From Candidatus Limnocylindria bacterium (GTDB taxonomy: Bacteria > Chloroflexota > Limnocylindria > QHBO01), in the NCBI GenBank assembly GCA_038322875.1, contig JBBQGI010000002.1, forward strand, positions 4,348 through 68,347: a DNA stretch of 64,000 nt. Reading direction: 5' to 3'. Under the pieces are notes generated by a model that saw only the letters and a program-made list of their open reading frames with translations, had not been told where the DNA came from and made no database searches. Below are positions 48,934-58,795 of this stretch, piece after piece (positions within the stretch are counted from its first letter, which is position 1; the number at the start of each line of letters is the position of its first letter). The translations under genes and the position numbers were made by a program.

Positions 48934-51900
48934 TCAGGCGCGGCGCACGCCAAGCCGCAGCTTGCCCTCCGGCAGCGCGACATCCTCGGTGCTGGCGCCA
49001 GGCCCAGGGTCGGTCTGCTGGCCGATCGTCAGCTCGACTGCCAAGATCTCCGCCGCCAGCCAGTCACGATACGGGACGAGCAGCGCGGTGAGCTCGGGGC
49101 TGCCGTCGATGGACGCCACAACCCGGTCACTGACCTCGCAGCCGCCCGCCTTGCGGAGACCCTGCAGCCGGTGGGCAACCTCGCGGGCGAGTCCCTCCGC
49201 CTGGAGCTCCGGAGTGAGCTGGGTGTCCAGCGCCACGAGCAGGTCGTCCGCCTCGGCGACCTCGTGGCCGGGTCGCGCCCGGGCGGTCAGCTGGAACTCG
49301 TCAGGCGCCAGCGTCACGCCGCCGACCTCCGCTCCCCCATCTGGCAGGAGGCGCCAGTCGCCGCCGCGAGCGCCGGCCATGATCGCGCCGACGGCGCCAC
49401 CGTGCCGTGGGCCGATCACCGGCAGGAGCGGATAGAGCGTGCGCTCGACCATCTCAGAGGCGTCATCCAGGAGCTCGAGCGACTTTGCGTTCAGCTCCTC
49501 GAGGATCTCCGCTCGCACCTCCGCCTCGGTCGCCGGGTCATGGCTCAGGCGCGCACCCGCAGCGGCGGGCAGCTTGACCCGCACCGCGGCCAGCGGCTGA
49601 CGGGTCTTGAGCCCTGAGGCGGCCCGGGCCGTCCGGCCCAGTGACACGACCTGGCGGGCGAGGGTCACCGCTGCGTCCACGTCGGGGAGAGCGCGACCGG
49701 GGATCCGCTCCGGAAAGTCGGTGAGGTGCACGCTGTCGGTCGCCCCCGCATCAACACTCACTACCAGGTTTCCCCAGATCGCATCGGCCAGATGCGGCGC
49801 AAAGGGCGCGAGGAGACGCGTGACGGTGACCAGCACCTCGTGGAGGGTGGCGTAGGCGGCGCGCTTGTCATCGTCGAGCTCGCCCTTCCAGAAGCGACGC
49901 CGGTTGCGCCGCACGTACCAGTTCGAAAGGTCCTCTACGAATCCTTCGATTGCCCGGGTCGCCCTGGCGGCGTCGTATGCATCGAGGCCGGCCCTCACAT
50001 CGCCGATCACGGCATCAAGCCGCGACAGAATCCACCGGTCGAGCAGGGTCCGCGCCGCCGTGGCGGCGGCATCGGTCTGGGAAGGCTCCCAGCCGTCGAG
50101 CCGTGCGTAGGTGACCAGGAAGCCATACGTGTTCCAGAGAGGCAGGAAGAAGCGTCGTACGACCTCGTGCCCCGGCCCGTACCCGAAGTTCAGGTTCACC
50201 GCAGGGTTGGCGGACGAGTACATCCAGCGCATGACATCGGCGCCGATCTGCTCGGCCGCCTCGTCGAAGGGGATGGCGTTGCCCTTGCTCTTGTGCATCT
50301 CCTCGCCGTGCTCGTCGTGCACGGTGGCGTAGCCGAAGATGGTCCGAGTCATCGGGCCATCCGCCAGGACGGTCGACATGGTGAGCAGGGCGTAGAACCA
50401 GTTGCGGAACTGCCCGGGAAAGCCTTCGGTGAGGAAGTCGGCCGGGAACCACTCCGCCCAGTACGCGCGGTCCGTGTTCCAGCGGAGCGTGCTGAAGCTG
50501 ACGATCCCCGCGTCGAGCCATGGGTTGCCGACCTCGGGGACCCGCCGAGCGCGCCCACCACATGAGACGCAGGCGATCTCGACCCGGTCGATGAACGGCT
50601 TGTGCGGAGAGTGCCCGTCGAATTCATCCCAGCCGGCGACCGCCCGCTCGCGAAGCTCGTCCCGCGAGCCGATCACCTCCCACGCGGCGCAATCGACGCA
50701 CTCCCAGATCGGCAGGGCCAGGCCGTAGTAGCGCTTCTTGCTGATCATCCAGTCGCTCATGTTTCGCAGCCAGTCGAGCTCGCGCTCCTCCAGGCCGATC
50801 CCCGGCGGCAGCCAGGTGATCTGGCGCGTCACCGCGCTGATCGGCTCGCGCAGCGGATCCATCGCGATGAACCACTCGTCGACGAGGCGGAAGATGAGCT
50901 GGGTGCCGCATCGCCAGCAGACCGGGTAGTGATGCAGGTAGCGGTCGCGGCTGACCAGCAGGCCTTTGCCCTCCAGATCGGCCGCGACGTCGCTGGCGAG
51001 ATCGGCCGTCGGATCCTCGGTGGCCCCGGCAAAGCGGCCGGTCTGCCAGCCGTACCCATCGCGGAAGATCCCGAACTCGTCGATCGGGTCGAGGACCGCG
51101 AGCCCGTCGCGCTTGGCCAGGGCGAAGTCCTCCTGGCCGCAGCCGGGAGCGATATGCACGATCCCCGTCCCCTCTTGGTCGGAGACATCGGTCCAGGAGA
51201 TGACCCGGTGCTCGACGCCTGCCTGGATCGGCAGGTCGTCGAAGGGACCGGCATAGGTCAGCCCGAGCAACTCGGTGCCGGGCGCTTCACGAACGACGGT
51301 CGAGCCGGGCAATGCGCGCGCGAGCGAGCCATGCGAGATCCACGACCGTCGACCGTCGGCGGTCTCTGCCAGCACGTAGGTCAGGTCAGGATGAACCGCA
51401 GCGGCCACGTTGCTCGACAGCGTCCAGGGAGTCGTCGTCCAGATCAGCAGATCCTCTCCTTCGTGGCCGGGGCTCGTGATCGGGAGGCGGACGGTGAGCG
51501 ACAGGTGCCGGATCTCCTTGTACCCCTCGGTCGCGATCTCCATGTTCGACAGCCCGGTACCGCAGCGGGGGCACCACGGCATCACGTCGTGGCCCTTGTA
51601 GATCAGACCGCGCGAGTGGCACTCCTTCAGGAATGCCCAGATCGTGTAGTTGTTCTCGTCGCTGTTGGTGAAGTAGCTGTGCTCCCAGTCCATCCACATG
51701 CCGAGCCGCTTGCTCTGCTCGGTCTGCAACGCGGCGAAGGTGTTGACGCGTGCCTTGCACAACTCGACGAAGCGGTCGATCCCGAACTCTTCGATCTGCC
51801 GCTTGTTGTTGAAGCCCAGCTCCTTCTCGACCTCGACCTCGATCCAGAGTCCCTGGCAGTCGAACCCGTTCTGGTAGCGCTGACGTTCGCCGAGCATCGT

Positions 51901-52131
51901 GTGATAGCGCTGATACAGGTCCTTGTAGGTTCGCCCCCAGGCGTGGTGCACGCCCATCGGGTTGTTCGCCGTGATGGGGCCATCGAGGAAGCTGAAGCGG
52001 CGGTCGGAGCCCTCGTTGCGCACCAGGTAGCGCTCCATCGTGCGGCGCTCGCGCCATTCCTCGATCTGCTCGCGTTCGAGCGCCGGAACATCCAGCTTGC
52101 TCGATACCGGCTTGAACACGGACCACTCCAT
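48934..52131 (-). CDS. ileS: isoleucine--tRNA ligase
   Basis: 1065 aa class I aaRS with HIGH-like and KMSKS (KSKGN) motifs and editing domain. Confidence 0.95.
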   Translation of the reverse strand: MEWSVFKPVSSKLDVPALEREQIEEWRERRTMERYLVRNEGSDRRFSFLDGPITANNPMGVHHAWGRTYKDLYQRYHTMLGERQRYQNGFDCQGLWIEVEVEKELGFNNKRQIEEFGIDRFVELCKARVNTFAALQTEQSKRLGMWMDWEHSYFTNSDENNYTIWAFLKECHSRGLIYKGHDVMPWCPRCGTGLSNMEIATEGYKEIRHLSLTVRLPITSPGHEGEDLLIWTTTPWTLSSNVAAAVHPDLTYVLAETADGRRSWISHGSLARALPGSTVVREAPGTELLGLTYAGPFDDLPIQAGVEHRVISWTDVSDQEGTGIVHIAPGCGQEDFALAKRDGLAVLDPIDEFGIFRDGYGWQTGRFAGATEDPTADLASDVAADLEGKGLLVSRDRYLHHYPVCWRCGTQLIFRLVDEWFIAMDPLREPISAVTRQITWLPPGIGLEERELDWLRNMSDWMISKKRYYGLALPIWECVDCAAWEVIGSRDELRERAVAGWDEFDGHSPHKPFIDRVEIACVSCGGRARRVPEVGNPWLDAGIVSFSTLRWNTDRAYWAEWFPADFLTEGFPGQFRNWFYALLTMSTVLADGPMTRTIFGYATVHDEHGEEMHKSKGNAIPFDEAAEQIGADVMRWMYSSANPAVNLNFGYGPGHEVVRRFFLPLWNTYGFLVTYARLDGWEPSQTDAAATAARTLLDRWILSRLDAVIGDVRAGLDAYDAARATRAIEGFVEDLSNWYVRRNRRRFWKGELDDDKRAAYATLHEVLVTVTRLLAPFAPHLADAIWGNLVVSVDAGATDSVHLTDFPERIPGRALPDVDAAVTLARQVVSLGRTARAASGLKTRQPLAAVRVKLPAAAGARLSHDPATEAEVRAEILEELNAKSLELLDDASEMVERTLYPLLPVIGPRHGGAVGAIMAGARGGDWRLLPDGGAEVGGVTLAPDEFQLTARARPGHEVAEADDLLVALDTQLTPELQAEGLAREVAHRLQGLRKAGGCEVSDRVVASIDGSPELTALLVPYRDWLAAEILAVELTIGQQTDPGPGASTEDVALPEGKLRLGVRRA

Positions 52132-52355
52132 TCAACAGGAAACCCGTCCCTGAACCGGGACGGGAAGATGACTCCCCGCGGTACCACCCGCGCTTGACCG
52201 ATGTCGCCTATCCGACCTCGATCCACTCGTCACGCCGTGCTATCGGGTGGCTTCCCCGGGAGGCGTTACGCACGGCTTCTGCCGCTTGGCGCCTCCGGCT
52301 CGGGAGGGATCGCTCGTCGTCCACTGGCCGCCCGCTCACATCATCCGGGCTCGCT
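52132..52355 (-). promoter_or_regulatory. T-box riboswitch leader of ileS
   Basis: Minus-strand RNA contains the T-box core GCGGGUGGUACCGCGG (plus ~52177-52193), followed by terminator CCCGUCCC-GGUUCA-GGGACGGG-UUU (plus ~52144-52165) just before the ileS ATG. Confidence 0.7.
52144..52165 (-). terminator. T-box intrinsic terminator hairpin (8-bp GC stem, U-run)
   Basis: cccgtccc tgaacc gggacggg on plus strand; on minus strand followed by UUU. Confidence 0.6.
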
Positions 52356-52361
52356 GCTGGC

Positions 52362-52391
52362 TTGATAGGACGTGAGCGCTGGCTCCGTCAA
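52362..52391 (-). promoter_or_regulatory. putative sigma70-type promoter of the ileS T-box leader (TTGACG-N18-TATCAA)
   Basis: Hexamers read on minus strand upstream of leader; spacing 18 nt. Confidence 0.35.
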
Positions 52392-52446
52392 CGCTGTTCT
52401 TCGGTTGCGCGGATCGTCGCAGCGCGACGCCCGGCTTGTCAATCGG

Positions 52447-53598
52447 TCAGGCCAGAATGGTCCGCGTCAGCATCGCCAGGCCGGCGATGGCACTGGCAAT
52501 CACCAGGCCGCTGAGTCGTGGATAGAAGGTGCGCGCCATGAGCGCACCGATCGCCCCCAGCGGACCCACCAGGGCAAGCCCCACGAGCAACAGCCGCGTT
52601 TCGGCGCTGGGGAGGACCGGTCGGCCGGTGATGGCGACAGCGAGCCATGCGATCGCGGCACCGATCAGCGGCAGGGCAACCGGCAGGGCGGCCGCGACGC
52701 TCGCCGGTCCTGGCACGGCAAGCCAGCCAGGGCGCCGCCACTGGGCGCGCCCGCGCTGACGCGCGATCCGGGTAGATGGCCGTTCGGCGGGGAGAGCGAC
52801 TGCTGTTTGTTCCTCCATCCCGACGACCACCGGCTGTGGCTCGGCCACGACGCCGCCGGCGGCCGCTACCGTGCCTGCGGCGGCGGCCTGAACCGCGGTC
52901 CGTTCGGCGGCCAGGCGCTGTTCGATAAGGGTCCGCTCAATGCCGGTCAGGACGCGCGGAGCGATCGCTGGAGGGGGCGCAGGGGGTGGCGTCGGTTCGA
53001 CGGGTGGCGTCGGCCCAGGCAGCGCGAGGGCGGTGCCGCCCATGCTTCGTCGAGTCGCGATCTGGTCGAGCCGCTCCTGGAGGCGGACCGCGCTGGTCAA
53101 GGCGGCCAGCAGGTCATGTTCTACCCGGGCGGCGATCGCCAGCCGACCGCGATCGGTGGGGACGAGGATCAAGCCTGGCGATCCCGAGAGGCGGATCAGC
53201 TCGATCGGCTCGTCGCCGCGCAGGACGGCGGGGCCCACCGACCAGCCGAGAGCGCCGAAGCGCGGATGGAGCGCAGCTGCATGCGCTCCCCGCACCACCA
53301 CCCGGGTCACCGGCCCGCGAATCAGCCGGTAGCGGCGCTCACCGCCGAGCCAGCGCAGCTTCAGCGCGCCCGGCTCGACCTGCAGCCGATACGACGAGAC
53401 GAGGGCGGCCAAGTATGCGCCGGCCGATGCCGCCAGTCCCCCGATCGCCAGCAGGGAGATGCCCGCCGGGCCGCCGATCAACAGTCCGCCGGCGACCGAG
53501 CCGGCCGAGATGAGCAGGAATACGGCGGGCGCCGCGAAGAGTCGGACCCGATCGCGGGCAAGCCGGATGAGGGTGATTGGGGTCGTCAGCTCGGTCAT
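52447..53598 (-). CDS. hypothetical polytopic membrane protein with internal PH-like soluble domain and Pro-rich linker
   Basis: TM helices at both ends, PTPPVEPTPPPAPPPA linker. Confidence 0.45.
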   Translation of the reverse strand: MTELTTPITLIRLARDRVRLFAAPAVFLLISAGSVAGGLLIGGPAGISLLAIGGLAASAGAYLAALVSSYRLQVEPGALKLRWLGGERRYRLIRGPVTRVVVRGAHAAALHPRFGALGWSVGPAVLRGDEPIELIRLSGSPGLILVPTDRGRLAIAARVEHDLLAALTSAVRLQERLDQIATRRSMGGTALALPGPTPPVEPTPPPAPPPAIAPRVLTGIERTLIEQRLAAERTAVQAAAAGTVAAAGGVVAEPQPVVVGMEEQTAVALPAERPSTRIARQRGRAQWRRPGWLAVPGPASVAAALPVALPLIGAAIAWLAVAITGRPVLPSAETRLLLVGLALVGPLGAIGALMARTFYPRLSGLVIASAIAGLAMLTRTILA

Positions 53599-53601
53599 TG
53601 G

Positions 53602-55104
53602 TCAGACCTTCTCGGTGACGCGGTACTCCAGGTAGCGCCCGGTGAGCAGGCGGGTCTGCGCGTCGAGTGCGGGGAGATTGCTGAAGAAGATACCCACGAA
53701 GGGAAGCCCGGTCCAGCCAACGTAGACCAGCATCCGGCGGAACCGTCCCCAGTCGGCCGGCATCGGGGGCACGATCCGATGTTCCACCCAGATCAGGACA
53801 ACCAGGGCGATGAGGGCGATCGAGAGCATGCTCGATGCGAAGACCGGCAGGTTCTGCCCGAGCGTCGTCCGCGCGAAAGCCGGGTTGATGATGAGCGGCA
53901 CCGTCGCGCCGAAGATCACCACGAACGGTGCAATCGCCCAGTTGATGTGCTCACCGAACAGGTACAGGATCCGCCAGACGCGCGACACGACCGAGATCTC
54001 GCGGTGCGCCAGCGCGTTCTGGATGACATATGGGAGATCGGTGACCCCCCAGGCCCAGCGTCGTGCCTGCAGGTACTGGCTGGCGAGCGAGCGCCAGTAG
54101 GTCTTGGCACGTACAGCGTCGCCGTAGATCGGAATGAAGAGCGGGACGGCCCGGAACCGATCGCCATAGGTGAAGTAGCTCTTCCAGTAGAAGCGGCTGT
54201 CCTCGGGGATCGCGTCGGTTGCCCAGTAGCCGACCTCGTGGACGAGATGGAGCGTGGTCGAGTAGCTGCTGAAGCTCTTCAGCGTCTCGGGCAGCACGCT
54301 GCGCCACATCTGCAGCTGCGTCAGCACGGCCGCGAAGAGCCGCAGCAGCAGCGGCGCCTGCCAGACGTTGTTGTGGAAATACGGCACCGGCTGATAGAGC
54401 TGGGTCTCGCGATTCGGGTCGGTGACGTGCACCCAGGTCAGGTAGTTGAAGTACTCCGGGTGAACTCGGTAGTCGGCATCCAGGTCGGTGACCAGCACCC
54501 GCGTCGGGTCCATCCCCCGCTCTCGCACCAGCAGCCGGTAGAGCCAGCGTCCCCCGAACGCCATGGCGCTGCTCTTGCCCACCACGATCCCCGGCTCGAG
54601 CGGATCGAGGATGTGGACGAAGTCGGCGAAGGCGGGACCGAACTCGTCGCGCAGAGTTGCCACGTTGGCGATTCCACTCTCATCGGTCTCTCGGGTGATG
54701 ATCGCGCAGATCTTGCGATCAGCCGGCCACGCGGCCTCGGCCAATGCCCGGACCGTGTGCCGCAGCGTTTCCAGGGGCTCGGTGTAGGTCGGGATCAAGG
54801 CGAGGTGGGTGTACCCCTCCCAGGACGGCAGGGTGGGATCTTCGAGCGATTCGAGCTGTTGGCGCCAGTCGGTGGCCAGAACCTGCCGGATCCGCCGGTA
54901 GGCGACGATCACCGCCCCGGAGAACCAGAGGGCGCGACAGAGCCAGTAGAAATCGAAGCTCAGCACGAAATAGGCGACCAGCCAGGGATAGCTGAAGCTG
55001 AGCCAGATCGGCCCGATGATCACGGCCCAACTGACCGTTCCCGGCACCATCTCGAGCAGGCGCTGCAGCCACAGATAGCGGTCCTGCGTCGGCTGCTCTG
55101 ACAT
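53602..55104 (-). CDS. integral membrane protein, putative family-2-like glycosyltransferase
   Basis: Multiple TM helices flanking a cytoplasmic domain with DLDADY (DxD-like) motif; assignment tentative. Confidence 0.4.
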   Translation of the reverse strand: MSEQPTQDRYLWLQRLLEMVPGTVSWAVIIGPIWLSFSYPWLVAYFVLSFDFYWLCRALWFSGAVIVAYRRIRQVLATDWRQQLESLEDPTLPSWEGYTHLALIPTYTEPLETLRHTVRALAEAAWPADRKICAIITRETDESGIANVATLRDEFGPAFADFVHILDPLEPGIVVGKSSAMAFGGRWLYRLLVRERGMDPTRVLVTDLDADYRVHPEYFNYLTWVHVTDPNRETQLYQPVPYFHNNVWQAPLLLRLFAAVLTQLQMWRSVLPETLKSFSSYSTTLHLVHEVGYWATDAIPEDSRFYWKSYFTYGDRFRAVPLFIPIYGDAVRAKTYWRSLASQYLQARRWAWGVTDLPYVIQNALAHREISVVSRVWRILYLFGEHINWAIAPFVVIFGATVPLIINPAFARTTLGQNLPVFASSMLSIALIALVVLIWVEHRIVPPMPADWGRFRRMLVYVGWTGLPFVGIFFSNLPALDAQTRLLTGRYLEYRVTEKV

Positions 55105-55154
55105 CTTCCCCTCGTCCGGCTCCCCGCCGCTCTTCACGGCCCATGGAGCGGTCG

Positions 55155-56060
55155 CTAGTAGACCGGGGTCAGCCAGTCGCGGTAGGCGTCGGAGTTGCCG
55201 CGCACCGCGTCGAAGTAGAGGTTGTGGAGCCTGAGCGTGATGGTGCCCACCTTGCCGTCGCCGATGGCCCGGTGGTCGATCTCCACCACCGGGGCAAGCT
55301 GGGCTCCCGTCCCGGACAGGAACACCTCGTCGGCCGTGTAGAGCTCCGTGCGGTCGATGCTGCGTTCCTTGACAGGAATCCCGAGATCGCCGGCCATGGT
55401 CATGATGTGGGCGCGCGTGATCCCTTCGAGGATGTTGTCGCTGGCGGGCGGCGTCATCAGGATCCCGTCGCGCAGGATGAACAGGTTCTCCGCGCTCCCC
55501 TCGCTGACATGGCCCTCCTGGGTCAGCATCAGTGCTTCGTCGTACCCGTTCTGCTGTGCCTCGCTCTTGGCGAAGGCGCCGTTCACGTACGAGCCGGTGA
55601 TTTTGGCCCGCGCCGGGATGGCATTGTCATCGATGCGGCGCCAGGTGCTGACCTGGGCGCGGATCCCCTTCTCGGTATCGATGTACTTGCCGAACGGGAC
55701 CGCAAAGATGGTGAGATCGGTATCGAGGTTGTGCAGGCGCACGCCGATCGATTCGCTCGACTTGTAGACAATCGGTCGAATGTACGCGTCCTCGCGGAAC
55801 CCATCTCGCCGGAGGAGCTCGACGGTGATTCCGACGAGCTCCTCGGGGGTTGGGACCAGCTCGAGCTGAAGGAGCCGAGCCGATCGGTGAATCCGCTTGA
55901 AGTGCGCCAGCAGGTCGAGCCCGTACAGCTGCTTCTGCTCGGCATTCCAGTAGCAGCGCACCCCCTCGAAGACCGCGGTGCCGTAGTTGAAGGCATGCGT
56001 CATGACGCTGATCTTCGCCTCGGCCAGGGGGACGAAGTCCCCGTGGAAGTAGGCCCACAA
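55155..56060 (-). CDS. ilvE: branched-chain amino acid aminotransferase
   Basis: AEAKISVMTHAFNYGTAVFEGVRCY aligns with E. coli IlvE N-terminus; ORF extension to 56189 rejected because a TATACT -10 lies inside it. Confidence 0.85.
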   Translation of the reverse strand: MWAYFHGDFVPLAEAKISVMTHAFNYGTAVFEGVRCYWNAEQKQLYGLDLLAHFKRIHRSARLLQLELVPTPEELVGITVELLRRDGFREDAYIRPIVYKSSESIGVRLHNLDTDLTIFAVPFGKYIDTEKGIRAQVSTWRRIDDNAIPARAKITGSYVNGAFAKSEAQQNGYDEALMLTQEGHVSEGSAENLFILRDGILMTPPASDNILEGITRAHIMTMAGDLGIPVKERSIDRTELYTADEVFLSGTGAQLAPVVEIDHRAIGDGKVGTITLRLHNLYFDAVRGNSDAYRDWLTPVY

Positions 56061-56173
56061 CCCGGCCGTGTGATCCGCCTCTGCGGTGGCCGTGGCGGTT
56101 CCCTGCTTCAGCAACGCAACCTCCTCAGAGCCGGGACGCGCCTCGGAGCGCGTCGACCTGTCGGCGAGGCCAG

Positions 56174-56182
56174 TATACCGGC
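56174..56182 (-). promoter_or_regulatory. -10 element TATACT upstream of ilvE
   Basis: Plus strand ccagtatacc; lies inside the over-extended ilvE ORF. Confidence 0.35.
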
Positions 56183-56217
56183 CTTCCACGCGTTCACCTG
56201 TCTGCGCCCCTTCTCTA

Positions 56218-57333
56218 TCAGGGAGCTCCGACGGCTCCGACCGGCAGCAAGAGGGCGGCCAACACGTAGACGACGTAGATCGGTCCGCCCAGGAGCAGGG
56301 ACCAGGCGCTCAACCGCCCACGTCGCAGCATCACCCCGAAGATGAGGATGGTCGAGACGAAGGCCGCTCCGGCAGACGCGAAGGCGAGTGCGCTGCTTGC
56401 CTTGAAGGCCCACTCGGTGAAGAGGATGCCGAGCACCGTCGGGAGGCAGCTCTGGAAGACCATCGCGCCGCTGATGTTGCCCATCGCAAGGGTGTCCTTC
56501 CCCGACCGCACCCAGATCACGCTGTTGAACTTCTCGGGCAGCTCGGTGGCGATCGGGGCGATCACCAGGGCCAGGATCCGGGGGTCGAGCCCGATGACAC
56601 CCGACAGGTGCTCGACCGCCCCGACGAAGACCTGGGCGCCGATGATGATCAGCGCGAGGGCACCGACCACCTGCGTCACGATGATCCGCAGCGCCGGTGT
56701 CGGTTTGCCTGCCGCGGACTCCTCGTCCGCGCCCGGGAGGGCGTCGAAATCGACGGTGGGCCGCAGGCGGTCCGTCAGGTGGGTCAGATGCAACCGATTC
56801 AGGTCGCTCGCGTCGCCCTCCTCCGGCGGGTCGGTGAAATGGGCGCGGACATAGACCACGTACAGGATCACCAGGCCGCCGGCGGCGACCCAGCGCCCCA
56901 CGCGCAGGTCGGCCGGGAGGAAGGCGCTGCCGATGGCGACCGCGTAGGCCACGAGGAAGAAGATGACGTCGCGGCCCAGCACCCTGACGTTGACCGATAG
57001 CTCGGTTCCCCGTCGACCGTTGCGCGCGAAGATCACGATCGCCAATCCCGTGACGAACATGGCGAGCGTCGAGAGCATGAATGGCGCCCCCAGGATCGCC
57101 CCTACGCCGATCTCCGCCGAGTTCGCCGAGCCGCCACCAAAGATCGTCGGTCCCACGATGGCGATCACCGGGATGAGGGTCTCCGGCATGGCCGTGGCGA
57201 CCGCCGCCAGGACGCTGCCGACCGCTCCTTCCGCCAGGTTCAGCCGATGGCCGAACCACTCGATGCCATTCGTGAAGAGCTCGGCGCCGAGCAGGATGAT
57301 GCCCAGGGCGGCGACCAGCAGGACGAGGTCCAT
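56218..57333 (-). CDS. CaCA family cation/calcium exchanger (YrbG-like)
   Basis: Two homologous 5-TM halves with GNISGAMVFQ / GSVLAAVATAMPETL alpha-repeat motifs. Confidence 0.75.
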   Translation of the reverse strand: MDLVLLVAALGIILLGAELFTNGIEWFGHRLNLAEGAVGSVLAAVATAMPETLIPVIAIVGPTIFGGGSANSAEIGVGAILGAPFMLSTLAMFVTGLAIVIFARNGRRGTELSVNVRVLGRDVIFFLVAYAVAIGSAFLPADLRVGRWVAAGGLVILYVVYVRAHFTDPPEEGDASDLNRLHLTHLTDRLRPTVDFDALPGADEESAAGKPTPALRIIVTQVVGALALIIIGAQVFVGAVEHLSGVIGLDPRILALVIAPIATELPEKFNSVIWVRSGKDTLAMGNISGAMVFQSCLPTVLGILFTEWAFKASSALAFASAGAAFVSTILIFGVMLRRGRLSAWSLLLGGPIYVVYVLAALLLPVGAVGAP

Positions 57334-57393
57334 CGGTCCGTCAGGCTCCCTGCCGCGCCATCACGACAGCACCGACCGCGGCACCGATTCGAG

Positions 57394-57663
57394 TCAGGGG
57401 CGCAGGTGCTGGGGTGCCACCGGCAGGAGTGCCACGTGGCGGGCCCGCTTCAGCGCGACCGTCAGCATGCGCTGGTGACGGGCACAGGTGCCGGTCTTCC
57501 GGCGGGGCTCGATCTTGGCCCGCTCGGAAAGGTAGCGACGCAGGCGGTTGACCTCCTTGTAGTCAATCGCTTCGGCCTTGTCGACGCAGAAGTTGCAGAC
57601 CTTGCGCCGACGTCGGTCTCGGTAGTAGTCGGCCGTCTCGCGGCGGGATCGGGGGCTGGCCAT
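57394..57663 (-). CDS. rpsR: 30S ribosomal protein S18
   Basis: CNFCVDK...[19 protein letters not shown] conserved. Confidence 0.9.
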   Translation of the reverse strand: MASPRSRRETADYYRDRRRRKVCNFCVDKAEAIDYKEVNRLRRYLSERAKIEPRRKTGTCARHQRMLTVALKRARHVALLPVAPQHLRP

Positions 57664-57704
57664 GGGGTGCTCGCTTCCTCTTGGGTCGTATCGGTCAGAT
57701 CAGG

Positions 57705-58175
57705 TCAGAACGGGATGTCGTCGACGTCGATCGCCTCGACCTCGGCCGGGGCGGTCTGCGGTGAGGCGCCACGCGGTCGCGCCGCGGGCGGGGCATCCAT
57801 CGCACCGTCCCCGAAGTTGCCGCTGTACGCGCCGCCCTCGCTGGGGTCGCGTCGCTCGAGCGACTGCACGCGCGCGAAGCGGATCTCCAGCGAGGTCCGC
57901 TTCTGGCCGTCCTTGCCCTCCCATTCCCGTGCGCGGAGCTGCCCCTCGGCGAAGACCTTGTGACCCTTGCGCAACCGCTCGGCGGCGCGCTCGGCGGCCT
58001 GCTCCCAGAGCTCGACGCGGAACCACTGGGTCTCCTCCTGCCACTCGCCGTCGGGGCCCTTCGACCGGTCGTTGACGGCGACGCGCAATTCCGCGACGGC
58101 CTTGCCGCCAGGCGTGTAGCGCAGCTCGGGGTCAGCGCCCAGGTTGCCGATGATCATCATCTTGTTCAGGGTCAT
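57705..58175 (-). CDS. ssb: single-stranded DNA-binding protein
   Basis: OB fold MIIGNLGADPELRYTPGG; acidic C-terminal tip DVDDIPF. Confidence 0.9.
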   Translation of the reverse strand: MTLNKMMIIGNLGADPELRYTPGGKAVAELRVAVNDRSKGPDGEWQEETQWFRVELWEQAAERAAERLRKGHKVFAEGQLRAREWEGKDGQKRTSLEIRFARVQSLERRDPSEGGAYSGNFGDGAMDAPPAARPRGASPQTAPAEVEAIDVDDIPF

Positions 58176-58201
58176 GCCGTAGATCTCCTCTGGCCGGGGC
58201 G

Positions 58202-58636
58202 CTACGCCTCGGCCGCCACCTCGTCCTGATCGTCGACGACGACCTCTTCTTCCACCAACCCGTCGGCCAGGAGCTTGTCCTCCTCGTCGATCTCACCGGG
58301 AACCACCACGTCCGAAATCGGGATGTCGTCCTCCGCCCGCTCCACAGCGCGCTCATCGAGGACGGTCACCAGGTGCCGCAGGATCTCCTCGGTGATGAGG
58401 ATGCCGCGCTCGATGCCGCGCACCTCGGACGGCGCCATGTCGAAATGGATCAGGAAGTAGCTGGCCTCGCGGAAGTGCTTGATGTCGTAGGCGAGACGTC
58501 GCTTGCCCCACGGCGACACCTTGGTCAGCGCCCCGCCGGCGTTGACGATGGCGCGCGTCACCTTCTCGACCGCGGACTGGAGCTTGTCGTCCTCCAGGTC
58601 CGGCCGAAACAGGAGCATCAGTTCGTAACGGCGCAT
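58202..58636 (-). CDS. rpsF: 30S ribosomal protein S6 with acidic C-terminal tail
   Basis: MRRYELMLLFRPDLEDD; GGAGGAG SD. Confidence 0.9.
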   Translation of the reverse strand: MRRYELMLLFRPDLEDDKLQSAVEKVTRAIVNAGGALTKVSPWGKRRLAYDIKHFREASYFLIHFDMAPSEVRGIERGILITEEILRHLVTVLDERAVERAEDDIPISDVVVPGEIDEEDKLLADGLVEEEVVVDDQDEVAAEA

Positions 58637-58747
58637 AGGCCGATCTCCTCCTCTCTATGGGCTTGCGACACCCCGGCTGAGCCGGTGCAGTGCGGCAGAA
58701 AGGAGCCCAGGTACAAGAAACAACCCCCATCGCTGGAGGTCGACTGC

Positions 58748-58756
58748 AGTATACGG
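58748..58756 (-). promoter_or_regulatory. -10 element TATACT for the rpsF-ssb-rpsR operon
   Basis: Plus strand agtatacg; ~110 nt upstream of rpsF start. Confidence 0.4.
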
Positions 58757-58795
58757 CCCCAGGGCCGGGTATCGCAATCACGGCGGAAGGCATCC

